A stretch of DNA of 64,000 nt from Opitutales bacterium (GTDB taxonomy: Bacteria > Verrucomicrobiota > Verrucomicrobiia > Opitutales > PNEW01), in the NCBI GenBank assembly GCA_965197745.1, contig CBDANS010000007.1, positions 1,024,001 through 1,088,000 of the forward strand. The letters run 5' to 3'. Every line of letters starts with the position of its first letter. Position 1 is the stretch's first letter. The notes under the pieces are model-generated. The model was not told the origin of the DNA and did not search any database. It worked only from the letters and a program-made list of their open reading frames with translations. This document shows, in pieces, positions 30,697 through 41,040 of the stretch. Made by a program: the position numbers and the translations under genes.

Positions 30697-33081
30697 ATGC
30701 TTCGAAAGCTCATATTTTTTGCGGTGACTGCTATAATGTTAAGCAGTTTCCAATTTCTTTACGCACATAATGTGTCTTTTCCTTTACCCAGTGATAAGAT
30801 CAATGAATACCCTTTTAACATGGTGGGAAAAGTTTCCTCGAGAGATTTCGTTGGTTCTGGCACAGCAATATCACAAAAGGTTGTTCTCTCCGCAGCACAT
30901 GTTTTTTTTGATATTGAGAATCTAGATTGGCATCCAAGCCCTTTTAGGTGGAACTTACGCCATTCTCCATCCGATCGAATTTTTGATATAAGTGCGCGAT
31001 CTTACAATCATTTTAGCGACTTTGCTTTAGCCACACGCCGTTTTCAACCTGATGATCCGGCTTTCAACTCATATGAACAATTTAATCGCGATGTCATTAC
31101 TCTTATATTTTATGAAGATGTAGCTAATGGAGGCCATGCAGGACGGGGTAGCAACCGAATCACCGATAACTCTGATAAAATGATCGTCGGATATCCTAAC
31201 CTGAACTACCCCGATTATGATCAGAGAAGAGACACAATGCATTCGACTAGTCTTGATGGGAGTCCTGCCAAATATGAACTGATAGACTACTATGACCGAC
31301 AGGGTTCTATAAGTCGACTTTATGAAACTTACGATTTGTCTACAGGTCCAGGTAATAGTGGGGGTCCGGTATACGGGTTAATTAGATTTGCGAATGGTAC
31401 TGTTGATTGGGGTGTAGTGGGTATAACTGTTGGTGGCCGTACAGGCGAGTCTTCCGTGGCGGTAGGTATTGACCAAGCTATTTCTGATTTAATCAAAGAG
31501 GCGGAATCCACTTTTGATACTATCTCATCCGACGACCATGGATATACTCGCAGCACAGCGACCACGGTAGAACTTAATCGCTCTATTGCGGGCAACTTAG
31601 ATACAGTTGGTGATATTGATTATTTTCGTTTTGTAATAAAGAGCGATGGAACGATAAATGCATATACAACAGGTGATACCGATACCCTTGGAACATTACA
31701 GAATAATTCAGGAAACGTTATTACGACAAAAGACGGTAGTGGTTCAGGGGAGAATTTTTTAATTACACGGGTACTCAATCCGGGAACATATTACATCGCC
31801 GTCAGCAATTTCTCTTTTGAAAAAACAGGTAGATATTCTTTTCGCGTTGATTTTACTGAGACCATTAAATTACCAGACTTAGCGGTTGATTTTATTAGCG
31901 TAGACAGAAGGTCAGTAGTAGCAGGTGAATCGGTTCGTGTTGGTTTCAATAGAAGTAACACGGGGGATAAAAATTCTGGTATATTCGCTCATGGGATCTA
32001 TTTATCGGGGGATAAAATTATTACAACCAGAGATACACGATTGTTAAATTTGAAAAATATAAGTATGAATGTGGGTGCTTCAGGAAGAATCTCTTTTAAA
32101 GTAATTATACCAACGAATACAATTCCGGGTATTTATTACCTAAGTTATATTCTCGACTCTGATATGAAGATTAAAGAAACCGATGAGACTAACAACACAG
32201 GTTATGCTGAAATTACGGTATCGGAACCTATTTCAGACGATGATGGAGACTTAGTGCTTGGTGGCTTTGGTGATATAGCTGGAAAGGATATTCAGCACCC
32301 TAATGGAAACGTCTTTGACCAAATTTTGCTCACTGGACCATTCATAAAGCTCAAGGCGAAGCCAGGTCAGATCACGAGGGCATCGTTTATGGATGAAAAC
32401 GAAGACATTGTCCAGGTAGAGTTCTCAGGCAGCGGTACCTTTACCGTGACATTAGACCCGACCACTTTTTTACCTCCCGCTTTACCCCCACGCTATAACC
32501 AGCAGGTGGAGTACGTCACCGGCAAGCCCAGCGTGGTGATCGAAGGAGCAGACTCCTCGACCTTCTTCAGTATCTTCACGGTGGGATCGATCAACGCGGT
32601 GAACCAGACGTTGTTCCCCGAGGGACAGGTCTATGATGCGCAAGCGGATGTGACTCTGGTGGAGGTAATTAACTCCACGGGTACCGGAGGGATGCAGTTG
32701 TCGAACACGGTGTTCAGTGGAAGCACGGGCAACGTCGGGGTGATTGCAAGAGTGGTGCCGATTGCAGTACGCTTAACAGTTGGTGATATCGATGCTGATG
32801 GCGATGCAGTGCCGCACCTCTTGTTCGGAGAAGGTTCGTTCACGGTGCCATCTGGCAATCCCGGGTTGCGCATCACCGGTGGAGACTTGAAGCAAACAAA
32901 CAGTGCTTCAATCGTGATCGCGGAGAGCAGATCGACAACTCCCGGGTTTGAGATCCTGATCTCTCAGAATAACTTCAAGTCCGATGGAATCCCTCAGCCC
33001 GCTCAAAGTATAGATGCTACCTTTGTAAACGAGGACGGAACTGTGATCCCCGTAACTGTGGATAATTTAACAATCGAATAA
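30697..33081 (+). CDS. Secreted trypsin-like serine protease with PPC- and CARDB-like domains and a C-terminal module
   Basis: Signal peptide, LSAAHV, GNSGGP, DDHG...DIDYF...PGTYYI (PPC), PDL...ETDETNN (CARDB). Confidence 0.82.
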   Translation: MLRKLIFFAVTAIMLSSFQFLYAHNVSFPLPSDKINEYPFNMVGKVSSRDFVGSGTAISQKVVLSAAHVFFDIENLDWHPSPFRWNLRHSPSDRIFDISARSYNHFSDFALATRRFQPDDPAFNSYEQFNRDVITLIFYEDVANGGHAGRGSNRITDNSDKMIVGYPNLNYPDYDQRRDTMHSTSLDGSPAKYELIDYYDRQGSISRLYETYDLSTGPGNSGGPVYGLIRFANGTVDWGVVGITVGGRTGESSVAVGIDQAISDLIKEAESTFDTISSDDHGYTRSTATTVELNRSIAGNLDTVGDIDYFRFVIKSDGTINAYTTGDTDTLGTLQNNSGNVITTKDGSGSGENFLITRVLNPGTYYIAVSNFSFEKTGRYSFRVDFTETIKLPDLAVDFISVDRRSVVAGESVRVGFNRSNTGDKNSGIFAHGIYLSGDKIITTRDTRLLNLKNISMNVGASGRISFKVIIPTNTIPGIYYLSYILDSDMKIKETDETNNTGYAEITVSEPISDDDGDLVLGGFGDIAGKDIQHPNGNVFDQILLTGPFIKLKAKPGQITRASFMDENEDIVQVEFSGSGTFTVTLDPTTFLPPALPPRYNQQVEYVTGKPSVVIEGADSSTFFSIFTVGSINAVNQTLFPEGQVYDAQADVTLVEVINSTGTGGMQLSNTVFSGSTGNVGVIARVVPIAVRLTVGDIDADGDAVPHLLFGEGSFTVPSGNPGLRITGGDLKQTNSASIVIAESRSTTPGFEILISQNNFKSDGIPQPAQSIDATFVNEDGTVIPVTVDNLTIE

Positions 33082-33332
33082 GATCGGTATTAATTAACGT
33101 AATTCATGGCTTTGTAAGGTCTTACCAGGTATTCGAAAATTCCTTCTGATTTCTTTGCTTTACTATTTTTAATCATCCCATTCCTTGATAGATTATATTC
33201 GAGTATGGAAAGTCTTAGAATGGCTTGGGATCGCCTTGAATTAAAAACCGGTAGGACCCCTTTATCGCCCTAGCCTGTACTTTGCGTTACCCCGGCCGTT
33301 GCAGGTGTCTAGCTATTGATATTTATTCCCTC

Positions 33333-33572
33333 CTATAAATAGCTACTCTCACTTGCCATACGGGAGAGCCCAACATCGTCGCATAGTTCAAGCTGCGATT
33401 TGTCCCGGAAGGTAAAAGTATCTTCTTGATAGGTGATATTTTCGCGACAACTCTGCGCCTCCCTCCGGTTGTGTTTGTCGATGACGTCTTGTCTGGTGCC
33501 ACGGTGTTGCCAGAGCAAGGACAAGCCAATCAAAGTAAAGACCAGAAGAAAGCAAATAAGAACGATAACCAT
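33333..33572 (-). CDS. Small hypothetical protein with N-terminal hydrophobic helix
   Basis: 79-aa ORF MVIVLICFLLVFTLIGLSLLW. Confidence 0.35.
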   Translation of the reverse strand: MVIVLICFLLVFTLIGLSLLWQHRGTRQDVIDKHNRREAQSCRENITYQEDTFTFRDKSQLELCDDVGLSRMASESSYL

Positions 33573-34103
33573 GAGAGTAACTTTATACGTGGTTCTCTGG
33601 TTGTGACTAGTTCAAAAATCTCATATCTTAACATTAGAAGCAAGACGCACGTCGTTTGGATAGGTCCTGGACAAATGCATTTTACAGTTTCTTATGACAG
33701 ATTTCTATTTCGAGACAGGGACAGGGAAATCTCGAGCTTCCTGAATCTAAGAGCGGGACAGAGGGGGGCGGTTTTTTTTGCGTTAGGTTGACGCCGTCAT
33801 GATGCCTTCAATATATAAATTTATAACTTTTCTTTTGTTTGTTGTTTTGCGCGCGCAAGTTGTAAAAACAGGACTTCAATCTTATCTGTAGACACACTTA
33901 AAAAAGAGAGGGAGGATCGACACGATTCTCTCTTATCAAGCTGTCCATTAATTAATGGATATTTTAGGTTGTCCGCAATGAAGACCAACCTGTGGACACA
34001 CTAAAAAAGTGATCTATCGTTTCTGGGTTGCTTGAGCAGACCGTTATTGGCGGTAGTGTGCGCGGACCAAAAGGGGATACCCTAAAAGGAGATCTTAGAA
34101 GGA

Positions 34104-34131
34104 GACCCGCACAATCGTTATTATGTCCAGT
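34104..34131 (+). other. dif-like XerC/XerD recombination site
   Basis: GACCCGCACAA-TCGTTA-TTATGTCCAGT has the 11-6-11 layout; matches E. coli dif arms 7/11 and 8/11. Confidence 0.6.
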
Positions 34132-34399
34132 TGATTTGTAAATAATTGATATTCAACATATTAAATTTATACATAAAATTCCTAACGGTCTTAGAACGAC
34201 GCTAATTAAGGGGTAAGCCCCAGTTTAAAACCCTAATTAAGCCGGGGTTGACATACTATTGTTACACGCACTGCGCCCCATAATTCAGAGTATCCCTATC
34301 AAGAAAACGTTCGCCGTCTGACATCGCCGGTGTCCGCTAATTTGGGAATAAACCAATCTGGGAGCAAATCAGGTTACAGAGGGGCGGGGGGGTGCGATC

Positions 34400-35235
34400 G
34401 GAAGACCGACCCTTAGTCCATATATCGATTTACTCACCGGAAAATATTTTTACAAAGGGCAAAGTTTGGGAGCAAAATAATTTAAAAAGACCCTGCTTAA
34501 ATTGGCTTTTAAATGTACGATTCCCCTCCGTTATGAAACCCCCTTTCTCGAGGCTCTCAGACCCCTTCACGGGCAAATCAAATCAAGCTTCCAGGCTTCA
34601 AAAAATCCCCTCGGACACAAACCCATTCAAGCGAGCGTACGAAAGCACGCATTATCTTTTAGAATATTTCCCCGCAGTAAAATCTGTTCCTTAAAGATAT
34701 TGTCTGTGTCTGCTTGGGACAGCTCATTTCAAATATTAAAATGTCCATTGATAAAAAACATGTAGGTAACCAAATTAAATCTTGGTTGCTTTCGAGGTTT
34801 TATTATTACGGTTTTAATCAGCAGATCGACCGGGGGTCCCCCAATTAATTTACTCACCGTAAAATATATTTACAAAGAGGGATGTAAGGGACCCAAAAAA
34901 TAAAGCCACAAGCATTAAATTGGCTCTAAAAGGTACGATCACCCTTCGTCATGATATACATTATGCCTTAAGATACAACCGCCCTTTCTCGAGGTATTCA
35001 GCCCTCTTGAAGAGCAAATCAAATTAAGCTTAGAAGCTTTAAATATTCCCCCAGCCTTGAAAACATTCAATCGAGCGTACGAAAGCACACATTTTTATAA
35101 CTTAAACTATATTCCCCAGACAATGTCACCGTACTAAAATAGTATAGAAGAGAATTTGCCTACATTGCTCGTTTATTTATAAATGCATTAACAAAAAAAC
35201 ATAACGGGTAACCAAATTAAACTTTGGTTACCCCA
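34400..35235. repeat. Two diverged ~420-bp non-coding tandem units
   Basis: Shared blocks ATTTACTCACCG, TTAAATTGGCT, CCCTTTCTCGAGG, GCAAATCAAAT, CGAGCGTACGAAAGCAC, GGTAACCAAATTAAA. Confidence 0.85.
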
Positions 35236-35390
35236 ATGTTCTTTAATATCTATGTTCTTATCAACCTTGTTCTTCGTACAAGTCTGCACCCTGTGCTGGT
35301 TTTATCACAATAAAGATGTCCAGGGTGCATGTATAAGATCGATAAGGTGTCCAGTATGCATATTTATTAAACCTGTGCATAAAACTATTT

Positions 35391-35625
35391 CTGATCGATC
35401 AGGATTTGCATTTTGGCATCATTTTCGTGATTTTTCGTAATCCTGATCGATCAGAACTTGTGTTTTTGTGTCATTTTCGCGATTTTTCGTAATCCTGATC
35501 GATCAGAACTTGTGTTTTAGCATTATTTTTGTGATTTAGCCTTTTTCGTTTTAGCAAGACTTACGTTTCAGGGCCATTTTGTGATTTTTCATGATTCGCT
35601 TTTGCGAGATTTGCATTTTTCCCCA
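35391..35625. repeat. 52-bp-period tandem repeat with CTGATCGATCAG palindrome (3 good units, 2 degenerate)
   Basis: CTGATCGATCAG at 35391, 35443 and 35495. Confidence 0.9.
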
Positions 35626-35972
35626 CGCCCGCACCTCGTAAAGAGGTTAATGATGCGGCGATAGCTACAGAGCCGACGCTACTCCAGGCAAACTTACTAG
35701 CATGTTTTTATTGATGACCTAAGTAATGGTTTTACTTAAGTAGAAGATGAACCCCGACCTGAATGACCCGGGGAATCCAAAAGAGTGGAAATAGTATTTT
35801 TTTTGCATGGATCATCTTTTTAAAACGACCGGTAAATATATTTACAACTCAGACCCTTATCCCTCAGACAATATTTTCGTACTTAAATACCATACAAAAG
35901 AATTTGTCCGCAATGCCCGTTAATAAAAAAGCTGATGCTTGAGGGAAGGGGGTGTTACCAAGCACCCCCTTT

Positions 35973-36557
35973 TTATCTTGTTTTTGGAAAGTATTCCTTT
36001 CCAGCCAACCATAAATAAGTATCAATCTCTCTAAGCGAAAAACCGGTTAGCTTATAAAACATCTGAAATTTCTTAATAACATCTGAAAATATCTTGTAAG
36101 TCTTTAATTCATATCTTTTAAACTCAGCAAATTGATACATATTTCTAAAGTGCCATAGCATTTCACTTACGTGATGATCATAAATCGAATAAACATTTGG
36201 TTTATGATAACTGTAGTATTTTGTCGCGAAAGAATAATTATTCCGGGATTTACCACCTATCTCGACTGAAGCAATTTCGTTTATTAAATCTCCTTTCCCG
36301 CTGTTCAAGTCTTCATCTATATCTGAAACATAGATATGGTTCGATACTGAATAAATATCAAATATATTGGTTCCGGAGAGTCGGTTTAATGCTGTAGTCT
36401 TCAATAGAACAAATCTTAAATCGTTGTTTTCTGGACATAGTTTAGTAAATAAGACTTTCAATGCATCTTCTTGATCATTGTATTGTTTCATATATCTCCA
36501 TTTCTTGAGATAAGATTTAACAATTCTTTTACTTGGTTTCTCAACTGATCTTTTCAT
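35973..36557 (-). CDS. Hypothetical protein, possibly HhH/DNA-glycosylase-like
   Basis: SFATKYYSYHKPNVYSIYD and LREIDTYLW motifs; RBS CAGGAG before ATG 36557. Confidence 0.6.
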   Translation of the reverse strand: MKRSVEKPSKRIVKSYLKKWRYMKQYNDQEDALKVLFTKLCPENNDLRFVLLKTTALNRLSGTNIFDIYSVSNHIYVSDIDEDLNSGKGDLINEIASVEIGGKSRNNYSFATKYYSYHKPNVYSIYDHHVSEMLWHFRNMYQFAEFKRYELKTYKIFSDVIKKFQMFYKLTGFSLREIDTYLWLAGKEYFPKTR

Positions 36558-36595
36558 TGTTCTCCTGGTCGTGACCATCCAAACCTAAATGACTA

Positions 36596-38031
36596 TGGTC
36601 GGGTGATCGGGTTACGTAAACTGGTCCACCGAGAGAGTTAGTCTGGAGAGGTTAATGTTGAAGTTAAGTTGGTAGAGGAAGTCAAGGCTTGGGCGCAATG
36701 AGGGCGTAGCCCGAATGGAGCACGAGCCTTGTTTATAGGCGTCCAAAGCGAAGCGTCTCGGTGTAATGTTGCCGAGACTGCGGTGTGGGCGAACGTTGTT
36801 ATAAAGCCAGCGCCAGTCTTCGATAACGACACGCGCTTCGGTCAATGTCCATAATTGCTCGCGATTTAAGCACTCCTCGCGAAACCGGGCGTGGAAGGAT
36901 TCAATGTATCCGTTGTTATTCTCGCTATCGCTCGTTGAGGTGTCGCTTCGCTCGGTAGCCAGGGACTTCCCGGTTCGATGTAGATGGTTCTGATATTCAT
37001 GGCAGCAAGCCAGGTCCGCAACTGCGTTTCTATTAAATGGCTTCGCATGTCGTCGCTTCGCTCCTCGGAACCGAACCGTTGTCGCTGCGGATATATGGTG
37101 GAGGTCCCTATTGCTTGATCAGCTTCTGCATGACAGCCCGTGCGCTCTGTGCATTGATAAGACGATCGACAGGGATGAACAGGCACTCGCGCGTATAGGT
37201 CTTCGCTTCACTTGAGTGTCGTCGCTTTCAGCTCCTCGGTACATCGAGTATCGTCAGCATCTTGAGACGGCCACCGCGGATCGTCTTATCGTGGATAAAA
37301 TCCCAGCTGAAAACGTGGTCAGGATATTCGGCGGCAGTCAGCAAGCCGGTGGAGACACCCCGTCGCCGGCGTTTCGGCCTTGCGCGGGGCAATGGCCAAA
37401 CCTAACTCGCGACGCAAGCGTTGCACCAAGCGTTTACCTACCTCCCATCTTTCGTCCTTCAACAACTTCGTGATCCTGGTATAGCCCCCAGCTGGCATAT
37501 TGCCGGGATAACCGCCGTATCGCCGCTTTCAGCTTCATTAACCACACGCATCAGATTGCCTCGTCTCATAGACATACGTGGGACGGTGGAGGAGAAAATA
37601 TCGGCACGCTCCACGCATCGAACATCGGCCCCGAGCTGCATATCTTTCCGCCACCTGAGGTTTGTGCCCAGGGCTTACTACCGAGCGTATGCGACATCTC
37701 CCATTTTTTTTCGAGGGTCTCCTGCAGGATCTCTATCCCTAGCAGCTTGTCCGCCAGCATCCGCTTTAACCGCGTGTTTTCCTTCTCCAGTTCCTTCATC
37801 CGCTTGGCCTGATTCACATCAATCATCACAAACTCCCGTTTCCAACGGTGGAAGGTCTGTTCGCTGAGGTTATTCTCACGGCACACTTCCTGGGTCGACT
37901 TGCCTCTGTCTGCTTGCCGCAATATCCGTATCTTCTCTTCGGTTGTATATCTTTTGCCTTTCATTGTCTGAGTCCTTTCCAGGTTACCCAGAATAACTTT
38001 TCAAGGGGCTCAGTTTCCGTGGTCTCGACCA
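36596..38031 (-). mobile_element. IS3-family element, copy 3 (second lineage, decayed)
   Basis: TGGTCG ends with 4-bp target duplication ACTA (36592-36595, 38032-38035); orfA MKGKRYTTEEKIR; orfB fragments EPGSPW, YNNVRPHRSLG. Confidence 0.9.
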
Positions 38032-38162
38032 ACTACTACCTTCTTGAAATAGAAGCAAAGCCTCGTGGATATGAGAATACTGTAGTCCATGCTTATTCGA
38101 TTCCAAAACAACAGCTTTATGAAGTTTATCAATCGCTAACAAAGCATTTTCAGCCAAAATAG
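38032..38162 (+). pseudogene. Remnant of a homolog of the 60750-61106 protein, split by IS3 copy 3
   Basis: Rejoined HPNLNDYYLLEIEA...LYEVYQSLTKHFQP resembles HPDLDGSYALVIEA...LYQVLQSITKHLKP. Confidence 0.6.
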
Positions 38163-38336
38163 TTATATCACATTCTTCTTTAGTTAATGAGGGTTTATCA
38201 CAAGTTTATATTAGTGTTTCCATAGTTGTATCTTTATATAAGTCAGTGTTTATTATTATTTTTTAGTTAAGATCTAATTCTAGGAAATTCCGTTAATAAA
38301 TTCATAAACACATCATTAAGTGTCTCATGTGTCTTT

Positions 38337-38918
38337 TTAATTATGACTTATGTTTTCGATGTCATCTTCCACTTTCTCATCGAACTTAATTAAAGACTTT
38401 TTCCAGTCAAATAACGCTTCCCATTGGCCAGTCGAGGGATTTTCTCTTTTCCAGTTATTTTTCTCTTGTAGTTCCCAAAATGAGTCAGCAGCTCTTTCGT
38501 CAATACCCATAGCATCGCAAATATCGATGAACTCATCGTAATTTTTCGGAAGAGGACGGGGTGAAGGAAGGGCTCTTTGCCTCTCCTGCGCTGCGGGGGT
38601 CAATAAGGTGTAAGTATTATATACTCTCCTGCCTCGACCTGATTCTATTTTCAGCAACGTTATAGCGCTTAATATTTTAAGCACAGCGGAGGTTTTACTT
38701 TTCGATAAACCCGCGCGGTAAGCGATCAATCCGATCGAAGCAGAGAAGGGACGAAATTGATCTCCATGATCATTAGCAATCCAGTTCAGGGCACTGTAAA
38801 CAGAAATTGTAAATGAAGCGTTGGTCCCCAGTACTTCCTGTAAAATAATTATATGCGCATCCTTATAATTTCGGTAATAGGAGAGCTCTTTACTTTGACC
38901 TGCTGGATTTTCAGGCAT
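38337..38918 (-). CDS. Putative replication initiator / replisome-organizer-like HTH protein
   Basis: N-terminal HTH (SIGLIAYRAGLSKSKTSAVLKIL, NTYTL) and C-terminal FW...NNWK...DWK motif. Confidence 0.6.
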   Translation of the reverse strand: MPENPAGQSKELSYYRNYKDAHIIILQEVLGTNASFTISVYSALNWIANDHGDQFRPFSASIGLIAYRAGLSKSKTSAVLKILSAITLLKIESGRGRRVYNTYTLLTPAAQERQRALPSPRPLPKNYDEFIDICDAMGIDERAADSFWELQEKNNWKRENPSTGQWEALFDWKKSLIKFDEKVEDDIENISHN

Positions 38919-39180
38919 GTCTCTTCCTGTGCTTGCGGGCTGCTGTCTGCTGATTCTCCAACTTTTCCAAAGTCGTTAAGAGCGTCTCCCGGCGGTATAA
39001 CTTTCTGCCTCCTATGCGAATCGGTTTAAGCAGTCCGCGCCTGTCGTAATTTCGTACTGTGCGAATGGAGACCCCGAGTATTACTGCGGTCTCTGACTCC
39101 CTCAGCAACAGGGGCGGGTCGATACGAACTGAATTGAGTGTAGATGGGGTATCCATGGTGCCTTGTAATTTAAGGCACAC
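38911..39180 (-). CDS. MerR-type HTH excisionase-like protein
   Basis: LLRESETAVILGVSIRTVRNYDRRGLLKPIRIGGRKLYRR. Confidence 0.8.
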   Translation of the reverse strand: MCLKLQGTMDTPSTLNSVRIDPPLLLRESETAVILGVSIRTVRNYDRRGLLKPIRIGGRKLYRRETLLTTLEKLENQQTAARKHRKRHA

Positions 39181-39246
39181 ACTATACCATCACATTTCTC
39201 GATTTTTCCTGTAATCGCATACAGTAACTTTAGAAGATACTGTATG

Positions 39247-40246
39247 TTAATGGAGAACAGGTGAATTCCCTCTTTCAAGAGCGATTTTAATTATTTCTGT
39301 GACTGAAAAAACGTTTGGATAAACACGTTGTATCAACCCATTTTGATCGGGACAATCTTCGTTGCTATTATCTATCGCATCGGCTTGTCCCTCAATACGG
39401 GAATAGTATCGCCTTTTTCGAAGAACCGGGTTAAGGTTTTTACCAAATCCCCGCTCAACAATCGCTTTCTCAATTGCATCAGCCCGTGGTAGAGATTCAG
39501 ATGTGCGAAAGTGCTCAACAGCCAGAAAGGATTTCCACTGCGCCTCTGTCCCAAACAACTGGACTTTTGTGGCGGGGAATCCTCTTCCAGTTTTTCGGTA
39601 ATAAGCTTGATGATTTTATCACGGGAACTTTTGTCTCTCATAGAGACACGAGGGACGGCAAATAAACGATAAGTATTAACTGTCCAGTGCCAATACAGTG
39701 CCGTATCCGAAAAACAGCTCTCAAGAGCTGCTTGCGAATGGTCTTCGTGGGGCAGCGCAGGGGCTATTTCTATATCAGGAGGTATTGCATCTTCGTTGGG
39801 ATATAATCCTGAAGGGACGATCTCGCAAATATCCGCCGTATAGTCCGCCCAATAATCTCTGTACGCCTTCTGAAATCCTCGCGGGGTATTGAGCCAGGTT
39901 GAATCAAGCTTTAAAGGGGCACGCCCTTTTTTCTTATCCTCTTTGTATTCTTCTAAAAACTCAACCTGGTCCTCTTCTATCCTCGGACCTACTACCTGAC
40001 GATGTCCTTCTTTGGGCCCAAGCCCACGTGGGATTATTACTGGTTCATGCATCCAGTTCCAGGCCGCTCCCGCAAAATAATTACGGTCATCTTGAACGAA
40101 CCTGAATTTTTCCCATCTTCCCTCTTTGCCCTGAAGACTATGCTAAGCTCCTTTGTTTTTTCTTGAAACGCTTTATTGCGTCGAAGTAATTCCCATATCT
40201 TCGCCGGTATGCCGTCCTCACAGGGATTGTAGATTGATAAGCTCAT
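39247..40246 (-). pseudogene. Hypothetical regulator with WELLRRN (DUF6499-like) N-terminus, two frameshifts
   Basis: Three overlapping ORFs; the 5' two are colinear with the single ORF 62071-62841. Confidence 0.7.
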
Positions 40247-41040
40247 GCACGCTAACGGTCTAATGGTTTAAATGTGACCACCCTTGGAATTCCATCCTTC
40301 ACTCCTTGAAATGGACACAGCCCAGCGCTTCAATTGCTGGAGATGATCCCTGTTTATTTGCAATAACGTTAGCCCTCACAACTTCGCGAACGCAAGGTGC
40401 AATTTGAGATTTACCCGGTATCGTTCTCCCCGCCATGTTTGAAATTCGACTGGAAGCACGCTGGCTAATGTATCTCCCGCGACTCTCCCACTTCCTGCAC
40501 CGACAGATCCTCTGGGGTGTTTCTATCCCTGTCCCTTAGCTGTCATGAGCGCTGTCCCGTGCGTGAGTTTCCCTGCCCCCGAACTGCGATGAAAAATTTC
40601 CTTGCCCACGAGGTTCCGTCCTTCCGCTCTAACTTATGCACTGGCGCAACCTTATGGCTGATTTCCCGCTCGCCCGTATCCAACACTACGACGCACGTAA
40701 CAGGCTGCTTGCCATCGCGGGAATGTTTTGCTCTCTCCTTCACGATGAAAAATTATGACACAAAATCGGCGCGGTGCAAACGCAATATTTTTCAAACTGA
40801 CCCACTAACGGTAACCGTTAATCTGGCCAACCCCCTCGCTGGTGAGGCTGAAGATGTCACCCAAAGTAATCATGGAAAACTTTAAAACCCCTCTCAAATC
40901 TATAAGCGAAAATAGGATCGATAAGTTGGACTGCTGTTCGGCAATCAGGGCACAGATAGCGGTTGAAGGTTTGGAATCGAGTTGTTTTACAGCTAAATTC
41001 GCTGCTTAAGGGTATCATGAACCCGGATGGCAATACCCCA

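Noticed and set aside
35391..35625. CRISPR array
   Set aside because: The sequences between palindromes are similar to each other rather than unique spacers, and no cas genes are in the window.
39247..40246. FseA-style programmed frameshift in the WELLRRN gene
   Set aside because: The paralog at 62071-62841 reads through the first shift in frame, and the second shift is explained by one A lost from an A-run; decay is simpler.
40320..40880. DGR template/variable repeat pair with 62860-63390
   Set aside because: Differences are not restricted to adenines and no reverse transcriptase gene is in the window.
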